A stretch of 64,000 nt of DNA, taken from an uncultured Solirubrobacterales bacterium. Its GTDB lineage: Bacteria > Actinomycetota > Thermoleophilia > Solirubrobacterales > JBBDJG01. The position numbers and the translations under genes are program-made. Shown one piece after another: positions 48,764 through 57,399 of this stretch (position 1 is the stretch's first letter; the number at the start of each line of letters is the position of its first letter). The notes beneath the pieces were generated by a model that worked only from the letters and a program-made list of their open reading frames with translations, was not told the DNA's origin and did no database searches. The stretch lies in assembly GCA_963816975.1 (NCBI GenBank), contig CAWFMD010000005.1, positions 144,518 to 208,517 of the forward strand. The letters run 5' to 3'.

Positions 48764-50187
48764 CTAGGTCTGCGCCGGCGCGGCCAGCGCCGGCCTGATC
48801 CATCCGCCCAGCGCCGTCTCCAGCTCCTTCGCCACGGCCAGCACCTCGGCTTCGCGGTAGCGGCGGCCGATCACCTGCACGCCGATCGGGAGGCCGTCCG
48901 GCGTGCGGCCGGCGGGCACCGCGACGGCGGGCAGGCTCATCGCGTTCACGTACGTGGACATCGAGAAGAGGTCGATCTCCTCGTAGTCCCGGCCGTCGAT
49001 CTCCAGCACCTCCGTCCCGATCGGGAAGGCGGTCGGTCGCCGAGATCGGGCACACCGCGATGTGGTTCGTCTCGAGCCACGCGTTCACGGCTCGCTCCAG
49101 GTCGAGGCGATGGGTGAGCTGTCCCGCGTAGGTCGGGAGGTCCGATGCTGAGCGTCTCGCGGCGCGCCAGGAGGCGCTGGATCTGCGACGACAGCTCCTG
49201 CTCACGCGGCTCGATCATCGGCCACAGCAGGGCAATCGTCTCCGCCAGCGCGATGCTCTCGAACACCTCGCGCACCTCGGCCTGGAGCGGGGGGCGCTCC
49301 TCGACGACCTCGTGGCCCGCCTCCGCCAGCGCACGTCCCGCGTTGCGCACGGCCGCGCGGATCGCCGGGTCGACGGGGCAGATTCCGTCCTCGTCGAAGA
49401 TCGCGACCCGCAGGCCCCCGGTTCGGTCCGCGGTCACGGCGTGCGGCGCGACATCGGGGTCCGTCGTCGGGTCGGGCTTTGCGAAGATCGGCAGCAGCAG
49501 CTCGAGGTCCTCGACGTACCGGGCCATCGGCCCGATCTCCGACCACAGCTGGATCGACATCGCCTGGGGGGGCGGGAAGTGGCCGCCGTAAGGCACCACC
49601 CAGCGGCCCGGCTTGAGGCCGGTGACGCCGTTGAAGTGGGCGGGCACGCGGATCGAGCCGCCGTAGTCGGAGCCGATGCCGAAAGGCGAGATCCCGGTCG
49701 CGAGCGCTGCGCCCTCGCCGCCCGACGATCCACCCACCGTCCGCTCCGGGCTGTGCGGGTTGCGCGTGGCCCCGTAGACCAGGTTGTTGGAGTCGTAGTG
49801 GAACGCGAACTCGGGAATGTTCGTCTTGCCGAGCAGGATCGCACCCTCGCCGCGCAGGCTGCGCACGACCGTGGCGTCCTGGGTCGAGACATTCCCCTCG
49901 AAGATCTTCGAGGCGTCGCAGCAGGGCATCCCCGCCACCTCGATGCACTCCTTCGCGGTGAACGGCACCCCGTGCAGGGCGCCCAGTGGGCCGCCGGCGT
50001 CGAGCGCCTGCTCCGCAGCCCGCGCCTCCTCGAGCGCCTCCTCGAAGCGCGGCAGCACGACGATGTTCAGGTCCTTGCGCTGCTCGGCCCGGTCGATGTG
50101 CGCCTGGACCAGCTCCACCGGGCTGATCTCGCGCTCGCGGATCGCTTGGGCCATCCAGCCGGCGGACTGTTCGAGCAGCTCCGTCAT
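48764..50187 (-). pseudogene. amidase-signature family amidase, interrupted by two +1 frame changes (or sequence errors)
   Basis: N-terminal ~345 codons lie in one frame (GVPFTAKE, GGSSGGEGAALA, GSDYGGSIRVPA). The next segment (DLPTYAGQLTHRLDLERAVNAWLETNHIAVCPI) is in a second frame, and the C-terminus (TAFPIGTEVLEIDG...NAMSLPAVAVPAG...GLPIGVQVIG) is in a third. Confidence 0.75.
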
Positions 50188-51619
50188 GCCACAGCCATCT
50201 CGGGCCGCCGCGTGATCCACGGTCGCGCTTCCTCCAGCTGGGCGGAGAGCGACAGCAGCAGCTCCTCGCCGGCCGGGGGGCCGACCAACTGCACGCCGAT
50301 CGGCAGCCCCGCCGGCGACTGCACCAGCGGCAGCGAGATCGCGGGCTGCCCGGTGACGTTCCAGACCGGCGTGAACGGCACCCACCCGGCTGCGTTCAGC
50401 AACCATTGGAACGCCGGCTCGCCGCCCTTCGGCGCGAGCCCGCCGATCGGCAGCGGCGGCTGCGCGAGGGTGGGGGTGACCAGGATGTCGAGGTCGCTCC
50501 AGGTGGCGACCAGCCGACGGGCCATCTGGCGCAGGTAGTCGAGCGCTGCGAGGTAGTCGGTGGCCTTCCACGAATCCGCGAGGGTGACCATCTCGCGCGT
50601 GAGCGGCTCGAGCTTGTCGAGGTCGAGCGGCTGCCCGCGCAGGCGGCCGTAGGTGTGGACCTCGTCAGCCACGCCGGCGGTCCAGATCTTGATGAAGTTC
50701 TCGACGTACTGCTCGTCCGCAAAAGGCGGCGCCGGCTCGACCGCGTGGCCGAGAGACTCGAGCAGCTCGGCCGTTTCGACCACGGCCGCGGCGCAGTCCT
50801 CGTGGACCGGTGCGCCGGTCGGGGATGCGGTCGTGTAAGCGATGCGCAGCGCCCCGGGGCTGCGCTCCACGGCATCGACGAACGGCGCCGAGGGGTCGGG
50901 CGCCCAGTACGGATCGCCGGGCTCGTAGCCGGCGATCACGTCGAGGATCAACGCGGTGTCGGCGACGTTGCGGCTGACGCAGCCCTCGATCGCCACCGCT
51001 CCGGCGAACTCGCCGAACTCCGGCGCCAGCGACACCCGTCCGCGGCCGGCTTGAGGCCGACGAGCCCGCAGCACGATGCGGGGATGCGGATCGAGCCACC
51101 CCCGTCGTTGGCGTGCGCGACGGGCACCATTCCGGCCGCAACCGCCGCCGCGCTCCCGCCCGACGAGCCGCCCGTCGTGCGGGACGTGTCCCATGGGTTG
51201 AGCGCGGGTCCGAAGCGCAGCGGTTCGGTGACGGGCAGGATGCCCATCTCGGGGGTGTTGGTCTTGCCTACGATGATCGCGCCTGCCGCGCGCAGGCGTC
51301 GCACGAGGGCGCTGTCCACGGAGGGGACCCACTCCTCCATGGCCGCCATGCCCATCGTCGTGCGCACGCCCTCGGTGAGGGCCACGAGGTCCTTGATGGC
51401 GATCGGGACTCCGGCCAGCGGGCGGGAGTCGCCGGGTTTGATCGCCTCCGCCTCTGCCAGCGCGCGCTCCGCGCAGAGGGTCACGAACGCGTTCAGGCCG
51501 GGGTTCAGGCGGTCGATCGCCCGCAGCGACGTCTCCACCAGTTCCCGCGCGGAGACATCCCCCTCGCGCACCGACGCCGCCAACTCGTTGACGGGTGCGA
51601 ACATCAGATCCTCGGTCAT
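50184..51619 (-). pseudogene. amidase-signature family amidase, interrupted by one apparent 1-nt deletion (or sequence error)
   Basis: The N-terminal frame reads [43 protein letters not shown]. The continuation [10 protein letters not shown]... through ...[10 protein letters not shown] lies in another frame. Its stop overlaps the start of the downstream amidase (ATGA). Confidence 0.75.
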
Positions 51620-51679
51620 TTCTCAACCCCCTCGTGGAACGGGGATGGAGCCTAGCCGAACCGCGACGCCCCAAGCTGG

Positions 51680-51685
51680 AATAAT
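51680..51685 (+). promoter_or_regulatory. -10-like hexamer AATAAT, 8 nt upstream of dapA ATG (leaderless-type)
   Basis: An AT-rich hexamer in GC-rich DNA, with no SD before ATG 51694. Confidence 0.4.
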
Positions 51686-51693
51686 CGGCGGCC

Positions 51694-52605
51694 ATGGCCT
51701 CCGAGATCTCAGAGACGTCGCTGGGCGCGATCCTGACCGCGATGGTGACGCCGTTCGACTTGCACGGCGCCGTCGATGAGGGCGCCGCCCGCGGCCTGAT
51801 GCGCCATCTGGTCGATCACGGCTCCGATGGAGTCGTGATCGCCGGCACGACGGGGGAGGCGGCGACCCTGGACGACGAGGAGAAGCTGCGCCTGTTCGAG
51901 GCCGCGGTCGACGAGCTCGGCGGCCGCGCGACCGTGGTCGCCGGCACCGGCTCGAACGACACCGCCCACTCGGTGCGCCTCACCAGAGAGGCTGCTGCGC
52001 GTGGCGTCGACGCGGTGCTCGTCGTGACGCCGTATTACAACAAGCCGAACGCGCGCGGCGTACGCGCGCACTTCGAGGCGTGCGCGGCGGCGGCCGGCGA
52101 CACCCCGATGCTGATCTACAACATTCCCGGCCGCTCCGTGATCAACGTCGAGCCCGAGCTGCTGATCGAGCTGGCGCGGATCGGCAACGTCGTCGGGGTC
52201 AAGCAGGCGAACGCCGACATGGACGCGGCGCGCCGCATCGTCGAGGAGTCGGACCTTGCGCTGTACGCCGGTGACGACAACCTGCTGCGCCCGTTCGGGG
52301 AGATCGGGGGCGCAGGTGGCATCACCGTGTCCTCGCATCTCGCGGGGGAGCGCATGAAGGAGGTCTTCGAGGCAGCCCGTGCCGGCGACACGGCGCGCGC
52401 CCAGGCGCTGGACGCCGAGCTCGAGGACCTGTACGCGACCTTGTTCATCGCTCCGCCGCCGGCGACGGTGAAGGCGGCGCTCGCGGAGCTGGGGTTCGAG
52501 CTGGGCGGCGTGCGGCTGCCGCTCGTCGAGGTTGACGAGGCGGAGCGGGCGGAGTTGCGCAGGATGCTCGATGCGCTGCGGCCGGCAGTGGCGGCGAGGG
52601 ACTGA
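51694..52605 (+). CDS. dapA: 4-hydroxy-tetrahydrodipicolinate synthase
   Basis: MVTPF...[14 protein letters not shown]...VTPYYNKP...IYNIPGRS, with a typical DapA layout and length. Confidence 0.95.
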   Translation: MASEISETSLGAILTAMVTPFDLHGAVDEGAARGLMRHLVDHGSDGVVIAGTTGEAATLDDEEKLRLFEAAVDELGGRATVVAGTGSNDTAHSVRLTREAAARGVDAVLVVTPYYNKPNARGVRAHFEACAAAAGDTPMLIYNIPGRSVINVEPELLIELARIGNVVGVKQANADMDAARRIVEESDLALYAGDDNLLRPFGEIGGAGGITVSSHLAGERMKEVFEAARAGDTARAQALDAELEDLYATLFIAPPPATVKAALAELGFELGGVRLPLVEVDEAERAELRRMLDALRPAVAARD

Positions 52606-52607
52606 CG

Positions 52608-54269
52608 CTGGCCTCCACCCTGAGGGTCCTGCCGCTCGGCGGTCTCGGCGAGATCGGCAAGAACATGACGGTGCTCGAGTACGACGGACGCATCGTCGTA
52701 ATCGACACCGGCTTGATGTTCCCGACGCCGGAGATGCTGGGCGTCGACCTCGTGCTGCCCGACTTCTCTTACCTGCTCGACAACGCGGACCGGATCGACG
52801 GCATCGTGCTGACCCACGGCCACGAGGACCACGTCGGGGCGCTGCCCTGGGTGCTCCGCGAGCTGGACGCCCGTCCCCCGGTCTACGGCGGGCCGCTGAC
52901 GATCGCGATGGCGCGCTCGAAGATCGAGGAGCACAAGCTGAAGAACGTGCCGATGCACGACATCGAGCCCGGTGAGCGGTTCGAGGCGGGTCCGTTCGAC
53001 CTGGAGATGATCCACGTCTCGCACTCGATTCCCGACGCGTGTGCGGTGGCCGCGACCTGTGAGTTGGGCACCGTGATCGTGACCGGCGACTACAAGTTCG
53101 ACCAGACGCCCGTGGACGGCCCGCCCACCGACGCGGCCCGGCTGGCGGAGCTCGGCCGCGAGGGGGTGCTGCTCCTGTGCGGTGATTCCACCAACGCCGA
53201 CCGGCGCGGCACAGCCCCGTCGGAGGCCAGCGTCGGACCGGTCCTGCAGGAGGTGATCGGCCGCGCCCAGGGTCGCGTGGTGGTCACGTCCTTCGCTTCC
53301 AACGTACATCGGCTGCAGCAGGTGATCGACGCCGCGATCGCGCTCGATCGCCGGGTCGCCGTGGTCGGCCGCTCGATGCGCAAGAACCTCAACATCGCGC
53401 GCCGGCTGAACCACGCCGAGGTGCCGGAGGGGCTGCTGGTCTCGCCCAAGGAGATCGAGAGCTTCCCCGAAGAGCGGCTGGTGATGCTCACCACGGGCAG
53501 CCAGGGCGAGCCGCTGTCGGCGCTGCGCCGCATGGCGCACGGCGAGCACCCCAACGTGAAGCTGCACGCGGGCGACACGATCATCTTCTCGGCGACCCCG
53601 ATCCCGGGCAACGAGCGGGCGGTCAACGAGACGGTCGACCGCCTCTACCAGATCGGCGCCACGGTGATCACCGCCCAGGACGCCGCCGTGCACGCGTCCG
53701 GCCACGGCTGGTCGGAGGAGATCAAGCTGATGCTGAACCTCACCCGCCCAAAGTACGTGATGCCGGTCCATGGGGACCACAAGCGCCTCTACCTGCACGG
53801 ACTGCTCGCCGAGGCCGTGGGCGTCGACCCCGCGGACATCTTCCGCGGGCGCAACGGCTTGCCGCTCGAGGTCGACGAGACGGGCGCGCGGTTCGGCGCG
53901 CAGGAACAGACCGGAGTCGTCTTCGTGGACGGCGTCGAGGTCGGGGACATCGAGGACGTCGCCCTGCGTGACCGGCGCGCGCTGTCGGCGGACGGGATCC
54001 TGATCGTCGTGGCGACCGTCTCGGGCCAGGACGGACGGCCTCTCGCCCCGCCGGAGGTGATCGCCCGCGGCGTGCCGTTCCTGGCCGAGTCGGACGGTGT
54101 GCTCGACGACCTGCGGCCGACGATCGAGGAGTCGCTCGCGCACGCGGCCGCGGACGAGGTCCACGAGGTCTCGCTGCTGCAGGAACACCTGCGTGAGGAC
54201 GTCGCGGCCTTCATCTACGACCGCCTGCGCCGCCGGCCGATGGTGCTGCCGGTGGTCGTGGAGGTCTAG
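52608..54269 (+). CDS. rnj: ribonuclease J (probable CTG start)
   Basis: MBL/beta-CASP layout (LTHGHEDHVGA, GDYKFD, HASGHG). The conserved first strand LRVLPLGGLGEIGKN lies upstream of the first ATG (52665). In-frame CTG 52608 is preceded by GAGGGA with a 6-nt spacing. Confidence 0.88.
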   Translation: MASTLRVLPLGGLGEIGKNMTVLEYDGRIVVIDTGLMFPTPEMLGVDLVLPDFSYLLDNADRIDGIVLTHGHEDHVGALPWVLRELDARPPVYGGPLTIAMARSKIEEHKLKNVPMHDIEPGERFEAGPFDLEMIHVSHSIPDACAVAATCELGTVIVTGDYKFDQTPVDGPPTDAARLAELGREGVLLLCGDSTNADRRGTAPSEASVGPVLQEVIGRAQGRVVVTSFASNVHRLQQVIDAAIALDRRVAVVGRSMRKNLNIARRLNHAEVPEGLLVSPKEIESFPEERLVMLTTGSQGEPLSALRRMAHGEHPNVKLHAGDTIIFSATPIPGNERAVNETVDRLYQIGATVITAQDAAVHASGHGWSEEIKLMLNLTRPKYVMPVHGDHKRLYLHGLLAEAVGVDPADIFRGRNGLPLEVDETGARFGAQEQTGVVFVDGVEVGDIEDVALRDRRALSADGILIVVATVSGQDGRPLAPPEVIARGVPFLAESDGVLDDLRPTIEESLAHAAADEVHEVSLLQEHLREDVAAFIYDRLRRRPMVLPVVVEV

Positions 54270-55699
54270 GGCCGGGGGACGACCGCCGACGCTCGGGCGG
54301 GCTCCGGCGAGTCCGGGGCCGTGGCGGGCGGCGTCGGGCTGGACCACGCCGACGGCGCCCTGTTGCACCAGGCGCACGAGCGTCGCGGCGACGTGCGGGT
54401 CGAACTGCGTGCCCGCGTTGCGGCGCACCTCTTCGAGCGCGACGTCGGTGGACAGCGCGGTCCGGTAGGCGCGCGTGGTCGTCATCGCATTGAAGGCGTC
54501 GCAGCAGCTCACGACGCGCGCCTCGATCGGGATCTCCTCGCCCCGCAGCCCGTCCGGGTAGCCCGAACCGTCCCAGCGCTCGTGGGAGGCTCGCACGATC
54601 CGGCCCACCTCGTCGAGGAATCCCCCGACGCGCTGGAGCATCCGCTGGCCCGCGATCGTGTGCGTCTGCATGACTTCGCGCTCGGCCCGGCTGAGCGGCC
54701 CGGGCTTGTTGATGATCTCCTTCGACACCGCGATCTTGCCGACGTCGTGCAGCAGGGCGGCGAACTCGGTGCGGCGGCGTTCGGCCGGCTGCAGGCCGAT
54801 CGCGTCGGCGACCCGCAGCGACAGCGAGACGACCGTCTTGCTGTGGAGGCCGGTGTACTCGTCGTCGTCCTCGATCAGGTCGCCCAGCAGGATCGTGGTG
54901 CCGAGGTAGGCGTTTCGCAGTTGCAGCGCGCTGCTGAGGCCGCGCTCGCGCTCGCGGGCGAAGATGTGGAGCAGCACGACGACCGGCAGGACCATCAGCA
55001 CCGCGAAACCGTCACCGATGGAGTTGAACAGGGCCAGCAGGGCGATCGGCGCGAGCAGCGCGTCCACCGCGCTGACCCAGGCCCAGTCGGATACCACGAC
55101 GCGCGGGTGGCGCCCCAGCTCGTACCACTCGCGGCTCGACGTGACGAGGAAGTCGACTCTGCTCTGCGCCGCCAGCGCCACGAGGTAGATCGGCCAGTCT
55201 GCCGATCGCCGGGGTCTGCGCGTCGAGCGCCACGAGCACGGCCGCGGGAGCGAGCGAGTACCAGGAATCGGCCAGCGCGATGCACCGTGCGCTCGCGGTG
55301 ACGCGTGCCGCGCAGATGGTCGGGCAGGTCGCCGAGCAGGTTGCCGAGCGCGACGAACAGCGGTACCAGCGGAGTCGGCAGCAGGAACAGCATCGGCACG
55401 AGCACCAGCTGGGTGGGGACCGTGAACCCGGCCCCGACCTCGAACTTGATCCTGGCCGCGACCACATGCGCGGCGACCAGCAGCGCGGCAAGCGGTAGCG
55501 ACAGGGACCGGTCCGCGCTGAGCAGCAGCGCCATCGCCGCGGCGCACGCCACGAATCCCGCGGCCGCCACCGCCTCGCCGACCAGCTCGCGGCGCGCCAG
55601 CCGCTCCGCGGCGATGTCGCGGCCGCGCTCGATCAGCTCCTCGCCCTCGAGGCCTCCGAGGCTGCGATCCGTCAGGGCAGGGTCGGCCCCAGGGTTCAT
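54266..55699 (-). pseudogene. membrane-anchored HD-GYP domain phosphodiesterase-like protein, reading frame broken at least twice (or sequence errors)
   Basis: HD-GYP core LLHDVGKIAV...HHERWDGSGYPDGL, read here as SHERWDGSGYPDGL. The N-terminal TM region is split across three frames near 55300 and 55195. The HD-GYP frame has no stop until 52116, whereas the +1 frame stops at 54266. Confidence 0.75.
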
Positions 55700-55850
55700 A
55701 TGAGAGTCATCGCTCACGTCGCGCCCCTGCTTGAGCGCTGGGGGCGTTCTCGCCATCTGGACACTTGTCCGAGTAGCCAGATGCGGGACCCCTGCCTAGT
55801 GTGGATATCGCACTGCCTCCCCCCAAAGTCACGGAAGGAAGCCCCCCACC

Positions 55851-56669
55851 ATGCGAAGGATCCCGAATCTCCCCCTGGCGCTCGTGATCGCCCTCACCTG
55901 CCTGTTCGCGATCGCCACTACCGCTCACGCATCCGACTCCGGCTCATCGGACCCCGCTGCTCCTGCCCCGGACCAGGTGACCGAGATCATCGAGACCGTC
56001 GATCCCCCGGCCCCGGCCCCGACGGACACCACGCACGTCGTGGAGGCCGACTCGTCGACCGCGACGGCGCCACAGCCCGCCGAGATCGTCGAGACCGCTG
56101 AGTCCCGCGCGACCTGCGACTACCCGCACATCGAGAACCCGTTCACCTCGGTGGGCGACTACCTCGACTACGTGCTGGCCCCCGACGGCAAGTTCGACGA
56201 CGGCGGAGCGGGCTGGCAGCTGACCGGTGGCGCCAAGGTCGTGCAGACCGACAAGGGCCGCACCCTGCGCCTCCCGAACCACGCCACGGCGACCTCTCCG
56301 GCGATGTGCGTCGACCTGAACTTCCCCACGTTTCGGATGTACCACCGGGTCGTGCGCGAGATCGCGGGGCTGCCCGGCATCCTGCGCTACCTGCTGCCCG
56401 GTGACCCGGATGCCGCACGGGTCAAGGTCGAGGTGATCTACCACGAGGTCAGCAACCCGGTGTGGAGCGAGATGGCCCGGTTCGACGGCCGGTTCGGCGT
56501 CTACGTAGGCAACCTGTGGAAGCTCAGCGACCACATCGACCTGCAGCCGGAGCTGGGCGGTTCGGAGCCCGGCGCCCGCCAGGCCGCGCTGCGCTTCACC
56601 GTGCTGAGCGCGGCAACCAACAACAGCGTCCTGCTGGACGACATCTACGTCGACCCGATGCGCCGGTAG
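55851..56669 (+). CDS. hypothetical secreted protein (signal peptide, Pro/Thr/Ala linker, ~170-aa C-terminal domain)
   Basis: Signal peptide MRRIPNLPLALVIALTCLFAIATTAHA|SD, with a [12 protein letters not shown] upstream. The linker carries a repeated EI(I/V)ET motif. The C-terminal domain has no motif I can assign. Confidence 0.6.
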   Translation: MRRIPNLPLALVIALTCLFAIATTAHASDSGSSDPAAPAPDQVTEIIETVDPPAPAPTDTTHVVEADSSTATAPQPAEIVETAESRATCDYPHIENPFTSVGDYLDYVLAPDGKFDDGGAGWQLTGGAKVVQTDKGRTLRLPNHATATSPAMCVDLNFPTFRMYHRVVREIAGLPGILRYLLPGDPDAARVKVEVIYHEVSNPVWSEMARFDGRFGVYVGNLWKLSDHIDLQPELGGSEPGARQAALRFTVLSAATNNSVLLDDIYVDPMRR

Positions 56670-56711
56670 CAGCCCACGCTGCCTTCCGCTTGGGGGGCCG
56701 ACGCATCACCC

Positions 56712-56742
56712 GAACGCCCCGCCTTCTCCCGGCGGGGCGTTC
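56712..56742. terminator. perfect 12-bp GC-rich hairpin between convergent genes (bidirectional terminator candidate)
   Basis: GAACGCCCCGCC-ttctccc-GGCGGGGCGTTC. Confidence 0.6.
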
Positions 56743-56756
56743 GCCTTTCCGGGCCG

Positions 56757-57188
56757 TCAGTAAGGCCAGATCAGGGCGCCGCGCTCGTCGAACCGGCCGT
56801 CCGGGAGCCACGCGACCTCCCACACGTTGCCCTCCGGGTCGGCGAAGTACGCCGACACGCCGCCCCAGTCGCGCTTCACCGGCTCTGCCCGAATCGCGGC
56901 GCCGCTCGTGCGCGCGGCAGCGATCGCCGCGGCGACCATCTCCTCGCGCTCGACGTTGACGGAGAGCGTGACCCCCCGAAAGCCCCCGGCTGTGGGCACC
57001 GGGCTGTGCGACTCCCCCGCGAGCAGGTCCATTCGATACAGGGCGAGCACCGCGCCGCCCAGGGGGAACGCCGCGAACTCGTCGCCGGCAGGCGACGTAC
57101 TGGGCCACCCGAGGCCCTCGTAGAAGGCGCGCAGCGCCGGCACGTCGTAGGCACCGAGGGTCAAGACACTCAGGCGACCCGGAATCAA
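56757..57188 (-). CDS. VOC (glyoxalase/bleomycin-resistance/dioxygenase) family protein
   Basis: LSVLTLGAYDVPALRAFYEGLGW...FADPEGNVWEVAW. The start is uncertain, either TTG 57188 or ATG 57227. Confidence 0.8.
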   Translation of the reverse strand: MIPGRLSVLTLGAYDVPALRAFYEGLGWPSTSPAGDEFAAFPLGGAVLALYRMDLLAGESHSPVPTAGGFRGVTLSVNVEREEMVAAAIAAARTSGAAIRAEPVKRDWGGVSAYFADPEGNVWEVAWLPDGRFDERGALIWPY

Positions 57189-57367
57189 GCCGCCGCCCGC
57201 TTCTTCTCGCCGGCCTTCCTGACCCAAACCTGCAGCCGACCGCGTCCGGCCGCTGCCGCCGCGGCCTCCCGGTGGCCGTCGGGATCGCGCACGTCGAACG
57301 CCATCGGCCCCCGCGCGATCTCACGACCGATGCCGCGCCCCGCTCCCGTGACCACCGCCGTGTCCAC
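57185..57367 (-). pseudogene. short-chain dehydrogenase/reductase N-terminal remnant (60 codons)
   Basis: TAVVTGAGRGIGREIA is a Rossmann TGxxxGxG motif, and ...DVRDPDG...GRLQVWV..AG resembles a collapsed SDR N-terminal third. No catalytic YxxxK region follows. Its stop overlaps the TTG of the VOC gene (TTGA). Confidence 0.4.
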
Positions 57368-57399
57368 TGGCGCAACCCTATTCGGCAGGGGCGTGCCGG

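Noticed and set aside
52116-54265. About 700 extra codons appended to the HD-GYP frame, running antisense through rnj
   Set aside because: The sequence is low-complexity and Arg-rich and lies opposite an intact, conserved RNase J gene. I interpret it as read-through caused by a lost or shifted stop, not as a real giant protein.
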